This document shows, in pieces, positions 31,639 to 40,713 of a DNA stretch of 45,892 nt. Origin of the DNA: Nitrospirota bacterium (GTDB lineage: Bacteria > Nitrospirota > UBA9217); the NCBI GenBank assembly GCA_029858565.1, contig JAOUEV010000027.1:1-45892 (forward strand). The letters run 5' to 3'. Position 1 is the first letter of the stretch; the number at the start of each line of letters is the position of its first letter. The position numbers and the translations under genes are program-made. The notes under the pieces were generated by a model, which was given only the letters and a program-made list of their open reading frames with translations, had not been told where the DNA came from and ran no database searches.

Positions 31639-32592
31639 CTATGATGAATCATGACGGTCTTCTTCATTGGCAGGCATATCCTCTTCATTATTTTCGGAAG
31701 TCACCACTGCCGGCTCGGCCGGCTCACTCTCTTCATATTCCAGAAGCGCCATTTCAGAATCCGCCATCTCACCTTGCCCGATCTCAATGACCTGCTCCTC
31801 TTCAAACGGTGGCAGGAGCTCGGGATCGATCCCCCGTTCCATAAGCTCCTGATGTATGTATGGTCTGACCGTCCGTGGTATGGTTGGGTCCCGGTAGAGT
31901 TCCTTCAGGTCTGCGGTTTTGAGGCTTGTGAGGAACAGGACGCATCTAACCAACGGGGTGTGAGCGTTCCTTATCAGGGCGAACTTGATGTGATACCGGC
32001 AGGTCCAGTTCTTGTGGTCCGCGATCGACCGGATCGTTGCACCGGTCGTTGTTTTCCTGCTGATGATCTTGTACAGGCTTGCTTCAACAAGATGGGGATT
32101 ATCAAGGCATATCTTGACGACCTCGGGGTATCCGTCCTGGATGAGCGAAAGAAGGATGTCGCCGGATGCGACCTTGGCAAGGGTCTTCTTGATGCCCAGT
32201 GCAAGCGTGGGTATCTTCTCAATGACGATCGCGCCGACCTTCTTCCGGTAAATGACCGGGAGGGTCTGGTTCCTGGAGATCTCCGCGAGATCGAACAACC
32301 GAAGAAAACGGGCGATCGATAGTGCGGTGAAAAGCGGTGTTTTCGGGTTCTTCGCCAGAGCGACCCGTACGGCGTAGCTTTCGGACCAGCGTTTGGAGCG
32401 GAAGATCGCATCAAGGATATCAGCCGGGACGTTCTTGCGTCCGGCGATGATCAGGATATGCTCTTCCGTGATATTCCGGTTGTTGAGCAGGGCGTGGATG
32501 ACCGGGGGTGAGGAGTCATGAATATATGAGGCAATACTTTCCTCGGTGCATGTCGCTGCATGTTCCGCCCGTCTATCCTCTGATTCCGACAT
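31639..32592 (-). CDS. helical-repeat (LRV/HEAT-like) hypothetical protein with acidic tail
   Basis: Two related modules (VRVALAKNPKTP / IKFALIRNAHTP; LLNNRNI / LDNPHL) and a Glu-rich C-terminus. Confidence 0.8.
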   Translation of the reverse strand: MSESEDRRAEHAATCTEESIASYIHDSSPPVIHALLNNRNITEEHILIIAGRKNVPADILDAIFRSKRWSESYAVRVALAKNPKTPLFTALSIARFLRLFDLAEISRNQTLPVIYRKKVGAIVIEKIPTLALGIKKTLAKVASGDILLSLIQDGYPEVVKICLDNPHLVEASLYKIISRKTTTGATIRSIADHKNWTCRYHIKFALIRNAHTPLVRCVLFLTSLKTADLKELYRDPTIPRTVRPYIHQELMERGIDPELLPPFEEEQVIEIGQGEMADSEMALLEYEESEPAEPAVVTSENNEEDMPANEEDRHDSS

Positions 32593-32597
32593 GTTTC

Positions 32598-32649
32598 ATT
32601 ATAACGTGAACGCAAGGCTATTGACAAATTGTTCTGTTTTCTGTATTCT
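32598..32649. promoter_or_regulatory. back-to-back overlapping divergent promoters
   Basis: Plus strand TTGACA(32621)-17 nt-TATTCT for the HNH gene; minus strand TTGTCA-18 nt-TATAAT-5 nt-ATG for the LRV-like gene; the two -35 boxes overlap. Confidence 0.65.
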
Positions 32650-32748
32650 TTTGCTTCAAGTGCATGAAATTATGGTCGAATTTCCAACCTGACGATCAGC
32701 GCTGGACCAGAGGGCATCGGCAGCCGGTCCCGGGAGGATGTGCGCGTC

Positions 32749-33285
32749 ATGGAACGGACTTTGCTCCTGAATTCGACGTTCGAACCGCTTAAGATCATTT
32801 CCTGGCAACGGGCGATAACGCTCCTCACCCAGGGCAAGGTCGAGGTCATTGATTTTCATGACCGCGAGATACGGGGGATTTCGGTCACCTTCCGCCTGCC
32901 GTCCATCATGCGCCTGCTCAAGCTGGTCAAGATCAGGCGAGCGAGCAAAGAGGTTCGTTTTTCCCGTGCAAACATCTATCAGCGGGACAAGTTCAGCTGC
33001 CAATACTGCGGCACCCGGTTCTCCGCGGAAGAACTGACTTTCGATCATGTGATCCCCCAGGTGCAGGGAGGCGCGGCAACGTGGGAGAACATTGTGACCG
33101 CCTGCCTTTCCTGCAATAACCGAAAGGGCGGGCGGACGCCTTCCCAGGCAGGCATGCGGCTGATCCGGCAGCCGGCAAAACCGAAATTCATTCCCGTGGT
33201 CACGCTGCGAGTGGGCGTGAAAAACGCTCCCTTGAGCTGGCGGGACTATCTCTACTGGAACATCGAACTGGACCGGAACGAATGA
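32749..33285 (+). CDS. HNH endonuclease (McrA-like, Zn-binding)
   Basis: MERTLLLNSTFEPL, RDKFSCQYCG, DHVIP, WENIVTACLSCNNRKG; GGGAGG SD. Confidence 0.93.
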   Translation: MERTLLLNSTFEPLKIISWQRAITLLTQGKVEVIDFHDREIRGISVTFRLPSIMRLLKLVKIRRASKEVRFSRANIYQRDKFSCQYCGTRFSAEELTFDHVIPQVQGGAATWENIVTACLSCNNRKGGRTPSQAGMRLIRQPAKPKFIPVVTLRVGVKNAPLSWRDYLYWNIELDRNE

Positions 33286-33489
33286 TTCCGCGTGACGCGT
33301 ACCCGTCTCCTTCCATCTGACTGCCCGCCCGTCCGCATATGCACCGGCATACGTCCTTGCCACATTTGAGGAGCATCCGATATCCGATCGGCTGCGATGT
33401 GCCGATGTTTTTCCTTGTCAACAATTGGACGGCATGATATAGTCCCACATTGCAAAAGATCATAGTGTATGCTCCGGAGGATGTTGAGG

Positions 33490-34122
33490 ATGAAATGGTA
33501 TATCACTGCAGCGGTCGTGATGTTGCTCCTGCTCGGTCACAGCGCGGCCGAGGCAAAGATCATTGAGACGCTGACCCAGAATGAGTTCATGACCGCGGAG
33601 AGCATTGATGCGGGCATGACCCAGACCGGGGCCCATTTCACCCTCGGCGAAGGGTATCAAAGCTTTTATCCAGCTTTCCGGTTCGGCGCGGGAGCATTCG
33701 TCGAGTTCGGTCTTCGCGCGGGCGTCACCAGCGCTGACGTGGGAGCCAAGGACAAGCTTGCCACGCTTGTCGGCGGCGACATAAAATATCAGCTTGTAAA
33801 GCAGACCGAAGGTGTTCCCGTCGACATGGCGGTCGATCTGGGTTTCGATAATCACTTCCTCAGCGGGAAGAACGTGAGCGAACTGACCTTCTCAGTGCTT
33901 TTCAGCCGTTCGTTCCCGCTCATTGACAGGGGATATAAGCTTACGCCCTACGGCGGACTTGAACTCTCATCACTTTACGGTTCCTATCTTAAGGACAACG
34001 AGACGGACTTCTACCTTTTCGGCGGACTCGAATGGAAACTGTCCCAGAAGTCCATGTTCTATCTTGAATTGAAGGCAGGCGACAACATTCTCGGCGGCAT
34101 CGGTGTCCGCTTTGAATATTAA
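33490..34122 (+). CDS. putative outer-membrane beta-barrel protein
   Basis: Signal peptide ending AEA, alternating beta strands, C-terminal GIGVRFEY; upstream TTGTCA-17 nt-TATAGT promoter. Confidence 0.75.
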   Translation: MKWYITAAVVMLLLLGHSAAEAKIIETLTQNEFMTAESIDAGMTQTGAHFTLGEGYQSFYPAFRFGAGAFVEFGLRAGVTSADVGAKDKLATLVGGDIKYQLVKQTEGVPVDMAVDLGFDNHFLSGKNVSELTFSVLFSRSFPLIDRGYKLTPYGGLELSSLYGSYLKDNETDFYLFGGLEWKLSQKSMFYLELKAGDNILGGIGVRFEY

Positions 34123-34165
34123 CGAACAGCGTATCCGGTCTTTCTACGAGGGAGCAGGGACTGCC

Positions 34166-34648
34166 ATGGGACTGAACTTGTCGGGTAAATTCAGCGAAAC
34201 TTCATTCTCCGATGTTATTGCAGTGCTCCGGCAGCAGCAGGCGACCGGTACGCTTGTCTGCGCTGCCGCTGGCATAGAAAAGTCCGTAATGGTTAAGAAA
34301 GGGCAGATCATTTTTGCCGCATCCAAGGATGAGGCCGATCGACTTGGGGAAGTCATGGTGACAGCGGGAAAGATCACCCGGACACAGCTTACACGGGCGC
34401 TTGATATCCATCAGAAGAGCGCGGGTCTCAAGAAGATCGGTGCAATCTTTGTGGAAAACGGATACGTAGCCCCTAAAGATCTATTCAATGGACTGAAGCT
34501 GCAGGTCCGGAGGATCATTCAGAGCCTGTTCATGTTGAATGAAGGCACCTATGTTTTTCAAGAGATACTTCCTCCTGATGTCATCCCCCTGCAGATCGAT
34601 ATGGAAGACCTGCTCCGGGAGGTCATCCAGCAACTAAAGCAGAAGTAA
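34166..34648 (+). CDS. DUF4388 (PATAN-like) domain protein
   Basis: LSGKFSETSFSDVI...TGTL, KKGQIIFAAS, RLGEVMV, KIGAIFVENG, EGTYVF. Confidence 0.88.
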   Translation: MGLNLSGKFSETSFSDVIAVLRQQQATGTLVCAAAGIEKSVMVKKGQIIFAASKDEADRLGEVMVTAGKITRTQLTRALDIHQKSAGLKKIGAIFVENGYVAPKDLFNGLKLQVRRIIQSLFMLNEGTYVFQEILPPDVIPLQIDMEDLLREVIQQLKQK

Positions 34649-34685
34649 GCGCCATCCTTTTCGTGACCGCGAAATCAGACCCTAT

Positions 34686-35258
34686 ATGACCAATGCTCTG
34701 GAGCATATCGTTTTTTCCGCCGCCGCAGAGCGGATCCATGCGCTCTATAACGAGGAGGAGGATGCACTGCTTCTCGCGATGCTCGGGCAGGAATATGTTA
34801 TCCGACGCAACGGCATCACTCTGCGCGGACAGAAGGTGCCGGAGAATCACGAACAGATCATCACCGACTACCTGCGATCGGAGGGTGCTGTCTTTATCGC
34901 CCAGCCGTGGCGCTCACTGGCCGAAGTAACCAGCCAGCAGAATCCCGCCTTCAGGAAAACGGTCGAAGGTCCCCTGGCGCAACATGCCGCGGAATGCATG
35001 CAGCGTGCTTCTATCATCATGCCGTTGATGGATGCACAACCGGTTGCGAGTGCGATCGGCAGCGAACTGGCGTTCGTGGTCCGGGCATTGCCGAAGGTGC
35101 ATTTACATGTCGAACTCTCCCGGGAGGACCAGGAGTTCCCGGCAGAGGCTTGGGTCCTTTTTTCTCACAATGCTGGCGACTTTTTGAAGCCCGAGAGCCT
35201 GCTTCTCCTTGGCGAGGTATTCAGGGAGCGCCTTCTCGGACTATTGAGGATCTACTGA
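34686..35258 (+). CDS. DUF3786-like protein
   Basis: LGQEYVI, WRSLAE, RALPKV...EDQEFPAEAWVLF. Confidence 0.75.
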   Translation: MTNALEHIVFSAAAERIHALYNEEEDALLLAMLGQEYVIRRNGITLRGQKVPENHEQIITDYLRSEGAVFIAQPWRSLAEVTSQQNPAFRKTVEGPLAQHAAECMQRASIIMPLMDAQPVASAIGSELAFVVRALPKVHLHVELSREDQEFPAEAWVLFSHNAGDFLKPESLLLLGEVFRERLLGLLRIY

Positions 35259-35260
35259 TC

Positions 35261-36022
35261 ATGAGCAAAAAGACATCGGGAGCCGGTGCGAGGATATTAT
35301 CACCCCGTGAGCGTCTGGTCATCGCGCTTGATGTTGATAGCGCGGACGAAGCGCTGGGGATCGTTAATGAACTACGGGATGCGACCGGCCTCTTTAAGGT
35401 GGGACATCAGCTTTTCACCGCTTTTGGCCCGGACATCGTCCGGAAGATCATCGACAGGGGCGGGAAGGTGTTTCTCGATCTAAAATATCATGATATCCCC
35501 AATACCGTGGCAAAAGCGTCAGCCGAAGCTGTCAAGCTCGGGGTGAGCATATTTAACGTGCATTCACTGGGCGGTCTGGACATGATGCGCGCTGCCGCTG
35601 AAGCAGCCCATGAAGCAGCGGCCAAACATGGCGTCAATGCTCCCGATGTCCTTGCGGTCACGGTGCTGACGAGCATGGATCAGGATACTCTCAGCAAGGA
35701 GCTAAAAATAACCCGTGCGCTCCCGAGGATGGTTCTGCACCTGGCCAAACTGGCCCAGCGCGCTGGTCTGAGCGGCGTCGTCGCATCGCCGCAGGAGATC
35801 AAGATGCTGCGGCGATCAACACGCGGCCCACTGGTGATCCTGACCCCCGGGGTGCGGCCACACTGGGCCGCCAAGGATGACCAAAAGCGGATACTGACGC
35901 CCGGCGAGGCCGTCGCATGCGGATGCGACTATATCGTTGTTGGCCGTCCCGTGCTCAAGTCCGCTGATCGCAAGGATGCGGTTATGAAGATACTGGATGA
36001 GATCTCTGCAGCTATTGGATGA
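35261..36022 (+). CDS. pyrF: orotidine-5'-phosphate decarboxylase
   Basis: IALD, FKVG, DLKYHDIPNTV, VTVLTS, TPGVR, DDQKR, VVGRP. Confidence 0.97.
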   Translation: MSKKTSGAGARILSPRERLVIALDVDSADEALGIVNELRDATGLFKVGHQLFTAFGPDIVRKIIDRGGKVFLDLKYHDIPNTVAKASAEAVKLGVSIFNVHSLGGLDMMRAAAEAAHEAAAKHGVNAPDVLAVTVLTSMDQDTLSKELKITRALPRMVLHLAKLAQRAGLSGVVASPQEIKMLRRSTRGPLVILTPGVRPHWAAKDDQKRILTPGEAVACGCDYIVVGRPVLKSADRKDAVMKILDEISAAIG

Positions 36023-36071
36023 TGAAATCATAATAAGAACGATGAAATCTGGGAGGAGGAGTGGAAACCAT

Positions 36072-36647
36072 ATGACATCAGAGGAAGTTCTGGATATCTA
36101 CAAAAAGACCGGCGCATTGCTGACCGGGCATTTCCTGCTGTCCTCGGGTCTGCACAGCGACCGGTATCTTCAGTCTGCGCTGGTGTTGCAGCAGCCTGAT
36201 ATAGCCTCGAAGCTTTGTTCCGCACTCGCCTCGCGGTTCAAGACCCTGGGAATTGAGGTGGTCATCGCGCCTGCGCTGGGAGGCGTTTTTGTCTCTCACG
36301 AGACCGCGCGGGCGCTCGGTGTGCGGGCGCTGTTCGCAGAACGAGTGAACGGAGAGCTCACCCTGCGCAGGGGATTTTCGATCAAGAACGGTGAACGCGT
36401 CCTGGTCGTTGAAGATGTGATTACCACGGGGAAATCGACCCGGGAAACCATCGAAGTGGTTAAACGGGCAGGAGGCGTTGTTGTGGCAGCGGGCTCGCTC
36501 ATTGACCGGTCCGGCGGCAAGGCAGCCCTCGGGGTTCCCTATGAATCTCTGGTAACGCTCGATGTCCCGTCCTACGAAACTGCTGATTGCCCGATGTGCA
36601 AATCGGGCAGCTCGCCCATAAAGCCCGGAAGCCGGGGGTTGGGGTAG
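36072..36647 (+). CDS. pyrE: orotate phosphoribosyltransferase
   Basis: GHFLLSSGLHS, VVEDVITTGKS PRPP loop, KPGSR C-terminus. Confidence 0.96.
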   Translation: MTSEEVLDIYKKTGALLTGHFLLSSGLHSDRYLQSALVLQQPDIASKLCSALASRFKTLGIEVVIAPALGGVFVSHETARALGVRALFAERVNGELTLRRGFSIKNGERVLVVEDVITTGKSTRETIEVVKRAGGVVVAAGSLIDRSGGKAALGVPYESLVTLDVPSYETADCPMCKSGSSPIKPGSRGLG

Positions 36648-36716
36648 GTCCGGAAGTCCTTTCAGATGAAGGGCCGGGCAGCGGGGCATTCCGCAGAAAA
36701 CCGCAGAAAATCCTGC

Positions 36717-36745
36717 TTGACAAAGCGGACCTTTTCGTGTATCGT
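36717..36745 (+). promoter_or_regulatory. distal promoter upstream of the sigma factor gene
   Basis: TTGACA-17 nt-TATCGT, preceded by CCGCAGAAAA x2. Confidence 0.6.
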
Positions 36746-36982
36746 CTTCGACTTGTGGGTGCGAGAGTCGGTCTTTCCACGACCGGCACCCGTATCGCAC
36801 GCCTAGTTCCCATCCGTTCGTCCAAGAACTAAGGAACAAACGATACCAGAACCGTTCGGAGGATGAAATTCCCGGGCGCGTTCAGCGGTGAAGTAATCAA
36901 AGACGGAATGGCTCCTTATTAAAACAGGGGTATAATTTTCCGGCGCAGACCGGCATAGGCACCGGGATAAGCAATAAATCCT

Positions 36983-37017
36983 TTGACCTGTCCGGCGGTT
37001 TTGCTATACTATATAAT
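36983..37017 (+). promoter_or_regulatory. proximal promoter of the sigma factor gene
   Basis: TTGACC-16 nt-TATACT, with a further TATAAT at 37012. Confidence 0.55.
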
Positions 37018-37051
37018 AAAGGAACAGAACGACACTGAAAGGCAGCATATC

Positions 37052-38407
37052 ATGAGCAAAGCGACAATCACAGACGAGAAGAATAATTATCCCGAGGGAG
37101 TCACCGAAGGATTGATCGACGAGATGGCGGAGGAGCTTCTCGAAGAGGAAGAGGGAGAAGAGGCAGCTGCTGCCGAGGCCGCGGAAGCGCCCGAGGAAGT
37201 GGGCGGGGCAGACCTTGTCGACACCTACTTGAAGTCTGTCGGCAGATATCCCATGCTCAAGATCGAGGAGGAGCAGGAGTTCGTCCGCATGCTTGAGGAC
37301 GGGAAGGCTGCCCTCAAGGAGATCGCCCTGAGCTCCCCTCTGGCGATCCCGAGGATCGTTGCCTTGGGGCAAAGCATCAAGCTGGGGCAGGTGAAGGCCC
37401 AGGATGTGCTCCGCTATCCCGGTGAGTGGAACAACCTCTTTGAGGATGAGTTCATGAAACTCTACGTCAAGCTGAAACGGCAGCTTGGCAGGAACGACAT
37501 TGAGCGGGTGAACCAGACGATACGAGAAATGAGCCTGTCGTTCCGTGAAGTAGAGAAGATCATCAAGCGGATCGTATTTCTCGGGAAGCAGCTCGAGCGC
37601 GGACACGGAACCGAGGCTCTCAAACTTGGTTTTGAGGAGGATAGCCTCAAGGATCTGGTCAAACGCATCGAGCGCGAGGATGAAAAGGTAAAGTTCGCCA
37701 AGGACGAACTGATCAAGGCGAATCTTCGTCTTGTGGTTTCCATCGCCAAAAAGTATGTGAACAGGGGCTTGACGCTGCTCGATCTGATACAGGAAGGCAA
37801 TATCGGCTTGATGAAAGCCGCGGACCGGTATGAGTCGGGAAAGGGAACGAAGTTCAGCACCTACTCGACGTGGTGGATCCGTCAGCGTATCACGAGGGCT
37901 ATCCTGGATCAGGCCCGGACGATCCGTCTGCCAGTGCATCTCATCGAGGAAAGCACGCGTATCAGCCGTATCTACGCAAAGTTCATGCGGGAAAAAGGCC
38001 GCGAACCGTCCGCAGAGGAGGTTGCGCAGATCATGGGACTTTCCGTGGTCCGGGTCAACGAGATCCTGCGCGCCATCCAGGAACCGGTCTCCCTTGAAAC
38101 GCCGATCCTTTCCGAGGAGAAGGAACTCAAGGATGTGATCGTCGATGAGAAGGCAGCATCACCCTTCAAGACGCTGGAAAATAGCGAAGCATCCCATCGC
38201 ATCGAGCAGGTTCTTTCCTCGCTCACCGAGCGGGAGGAGAAGATCATACGCATGCGCTTCGGTATCGGTGTGGGAAGTGAACACACCCTGGAAGAGGTGG
38301 GAAAGTATTTCAACCTGACGCGTGAACGCATACGCCAGATCGAGATCAAGGCACTCAAGAAGCTGCGGCATCCGGCACGGAGCAAATTGCTTAAAGAGTA
38401 CGTATAG
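37052..38407 (+). CDS. RpoD/SigA-like sigma-70 factor (possibly a non-primary paralog)
   Basis: Region 1.2 (DTYLKSVGRYPML), NCR, ANLRLVVSIAKKY, DLIQEGNIGLMKA, FSTYSTWWIRQ, TLEEVG...TRERIRQIE. Confidence 0.93.
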   Translation: MSKATITDEKNNYPEGVTEGLIDEMAEELLEEEEGEEAAAAEAAEAPEEVGGADLVDTYLKSVGRYPMLKIEEEQEFVRMLEDGKAALKEIALSSPLAIPRIVALGQSIKLGQVKAQDVLRYPGEWNNLFEDEFMKLYVKLKRQLGRNDIERVNQTIREMSLSFREVEKIIKRIVFLGKQLERGHGTEALKLGFEEDSLKDLVKRIEREDEKVKFAKDELIKANLRLVVSIAKKYVNRGLTLLDLIQEGNIGLMKAADRYESGKGTKFSTYSTWWIRQRITRAILDQARTIRLPVHLIEESTRISRIYAKFMREKGREPSAEEVAQIMGLSVVRVNEILRAIQEPVSLETPILSEEKELKDVIVDEKAASPFKTLENSEASHRIEQVLSSLTEREEKIIRMRFGIGVGSEHTLEEVGKYFNLTRERIRQIEIKALKKLRHPARSKLLKEYV

Positions 38408-38433
38408 GAAGTATAGAAAAGATGTAGGGGAAT

Positions 38434-38474
38434 AAAAAAACGGGGAAGGCCTTTGGCCTTCCCCGTTCTGTTTT
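38434..38474. terminator. bidirectional intrinsic terminator
   Basis: A-tract, AACGGGGAAGGCC-ttt-GGCCTTCCCCGTT, T-rich tract, between convergent genes. Confidence 0.88.
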
Positions 38475-38490
38475 CAACCGTAATTCGTGC

Positions 38491-38937
38491 TCAGTCGTTC
38501 ATGGAGGGGATGAACTCCATGTCCGCGATGATTCGCGAGGCTTCGTCGATCTGGATACCGTCATGTTCGGGGTCGCAGATATAGGCTGCCAGGATCGCGC
38601 GCGTTCTATCGACGAGGAACCATATTCGCCAGTGAGCCGGTTCCTTTGTGTCCTTGAGGGTGTAATCGATAGCTGCGATCGCGTGGTCTCCCATGTCCTC
38701 GACGCGTATGGCCTCGCGCGGAAAAGGGATATCCCGGTCCTCAAGCGTATCCTCGATCATGACCGTGGCTTCCTCTGCGGGGGAGCGTTTGGTGTCCTCC
38801 CGTTCGATGAAGGATAGCTGGATCATTCCCGGCCAATTGTCCTTCTCCAAAAGAACGAAGCCCATCTCCTCGCGTTCGGTCCAGCTGTCAGGAAGGAAAA
38901 TATTGATCCACCGCTCGTAAGTTACTTTTTTGCCCAT
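38491..38937 (-). CDS. hypothetical protein (possible DUF3805/Mog1-PsbP-like fold)
   Basis: IFLPDSW...GMIQLS...HWRIWF...AAYIC pattern; start at ATG 38937, 7 nt after TATGAT. The family assignment is tentative. Confidence 0.7.
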   Translation of the reverse strand: MGKKVTYERWINIFLPDSWTEREEMGFVLLEKDNWPGMIQLSFIEREDTKRSPAEEATVMIEDTLEDRDIPFPREAIRVEDMGDHAIAAIDYTLKDTKEPAHWRIWFLVDRTRAILAAYICDPEHDGIQIDEASRIIADMEFIPSMND

Positions 38938-39008
38938 ACAGGGAATCATACTAGCGGAGGCGGCTGAGCCAGTCAAATGAGTTTCGCAAATAGGCAGGAA
39001 AGATATGT

Positions 39009-39533
39009 TTATACGTAACCGAGGGACTCAAGGAGTTCAATGATCCGGTCCGCGTTCAACTCAGGCGGCTGTACGCCGTCAAGGACGATCTCGGGATGGT
39101 CTGGCGGTTCGTATTGTGACTGGATGCCGGGAACGGTCGCGGACCTGCCGGTCCGCGCATCAGCGTATATACCCTTGGGATCGCGGGCCATGCACAGTGC
39201 AAGGGGGCTGTTCACGTAAACTTCCACGAACCGGCTGATCGCGGATCGCGCATGGTCCCTGTAGCTTTTTCGGTTTGCCGTGGCGTCGAATATCACCGGA
39301 ACTCCATCATTGACAGCTGCTGCTCCAATATCGGCAAGCTGCCCGTAGAACCTGTCACGCTCATCATCACTGTATGTCGCTGCCGGGGTCAGGATCCTTC
39401 TCATCCGGTCCGACTCCAGTACGAGGGGGAAGATGTTCCTGCTGTTCAACTTCCTTATCAAGGCCGCTGCAATCGTGCTTTTGCCCGACGCGGGAAGCCC
39501 GGTGACCCATATGGCGAAAGCGTGTGTACTCAT
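39009..39533 (-). CDS. CysC/adenylyl-sulfate-kinase-like P-loop kinase (atypical)
   Basis: WVTGLPASGKST, EVYV, RDPKGIY, YEPP; ATGA overlap with the upstream gene fixes the start at 39533. Confidence 0.88.
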   Translation of the reverse strand: MSTHAFAIWVTGLPASGKSTIAAALIRKLNSRNIFPLVLESDRMRRILTPAATYSDDERDRFYGQLADIGAAAVNDGVPVIFDATANRKSYRDHARSAISRFVEVYVNSPLALCMARDPKGIYADARTGRSATVPGIQSQYEPPDHPEIVLDGVQPPELNADRIIELLESLGYV

Positions 39534-40618
39534 GGTCGCAAGTACCTGCTCACCGCGTTGTACTCGAACCGTGGCGTATCCAGAACGTTCAGAATGAAGG
39601 TGAAGATGCTTTTCCGGACGCCGTCGGGAAGGCGGGGGTACCAGACCGGGCTTGCGATCACCAGACCGCGCCACGCAAGGAAGGGCGCGGCAACCTCCAG
39701 GATTCCCCGGTCTCCTGTTCTCTCCAGATAATTTTCCCAGAACAGAAGGAACATCTTTTCGAACGAGCCGTCCAGCCTGCCGAAGCGTACCAGCGAGGAA
39801 AACAGGTAGTTTATGGTCATGCAGGTAACATCATCGGCCGCTTCACCCCATTCTCCCCGGGAGCGGTCAAGTACGGTGAAGTCCACGCCCTTGCGGAACA
39901 GGATGTTCCATGGGTGAAAGTCCCCGTGGACCTGACACAGGCGTTCTCCTCGGTCCTTGATTCGCCACCGCCAATCAACACAAGCGTGCTCGATCTTCTT
40001 GAGAAGGTCGCGGTCGATGAAGTCAAACTGTTCTGGATAGTTATCGGTCAATCCCATGATGCATTCGCCATGACCGATCAGATCCCGGATGCGCCGCCGG
40101 TATAATCCCGGCACATCCCGTCTGACCGCATGGATCGATGCAAGATAGTCGGATAGTGCCCGGACGCGATCCATGTCCTCAGCTGTTGCCGCGCCGGTCT
40201 CGCGTATCCGATCCAGGTCATGGAAGTATCCGGACCCTTCAACGAATTCGGTCAGCAGAAAGAACTCCCGGGCCGCGCCGGTGGACACCATTTCTCCCGA
40301 TTCCAGGAATGCGCCGTTGTCAAGGGATCGGACATGGCGGGGGAGCCGGTTGAATGCCCCGTGTTCCCACAGGATCGCCTGGGCGCGATCGGCGAAGTGA
40401 TCGTGTCCGAACGACGAAGGGGACATGGTCTCAAGTACGGCATGTTTAAGCGATCCGCCTGCCTCATATTCGATGAACAGGGGTGCTCCGTATCCGTATT
40501 CCTTGAGGTCACCGGCAAGCTCCTGCTTGCCGTGCTCGGAGATGGATATGACCTTTACGGGCTGATTCAGCAGCCGTTCAAGATACCGCTTGACCGCATC
40601 GTTGGTGACCGCCGGCAT
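39530..40618 (-). CDS. aminoglycoside-phosphotransferase/choline-kinase-fold phosphotransferase
   Basis: LASIH, catalytic loop HGDFHPWNILF, metal-binding LDRSRGEWG; AAGGAG SD. Confidence 0.88.
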   Translation of the reverse strand: MPAVTNDAVKRYLERLLNQPVKVISISEHGKQELAGDLKEYGYGAPLFIEYEAGGSLKHAVLETMSPSSFGHDHFADRAQAILWEHGAFNRLPRHVRSLDNGAFLESGEMVSTGAAREFFLLTEFVEGSGYFHDLDRIRETGAATAEDMDRVRALSDYLASIHAVRRDVPGLYRRRIRDLIGHGECIMGLTDNYPEQFDFIDRDLLKKIEHACVDWRWRIKDRGERLCQVHGDFHPWNILFRKGVDFTVLDRSRGEWGEAADDVTCMTINYLFSSLVRFGRLDGSFEKMFLLFWENYLERTGDRGILEVAAPFLAWRGLVIASPVWYPRLPDGVRKSIFTFILNVLDTPRFEYNAVSRYLRP

Positions 40619-40713
40619 GGGATCTCCTTGTGCGCCGCCCTGTGACAGTACAGATCGCTCTACTGCAATTATTACACAGACCGGGGCAGCTTGGGGAGGA
40701 AAGGGACAGGAAC

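Noticed and set aside
32749-33285. HNH gene as an IscB/Cas9/HEARO-type RNA-guided nuclease
   Set aside because: It is only about 178 aa, with no RuvC or PLMP motifs and no adjacent array or element ends; it matches the common stand-alone McrA-like HNH family.
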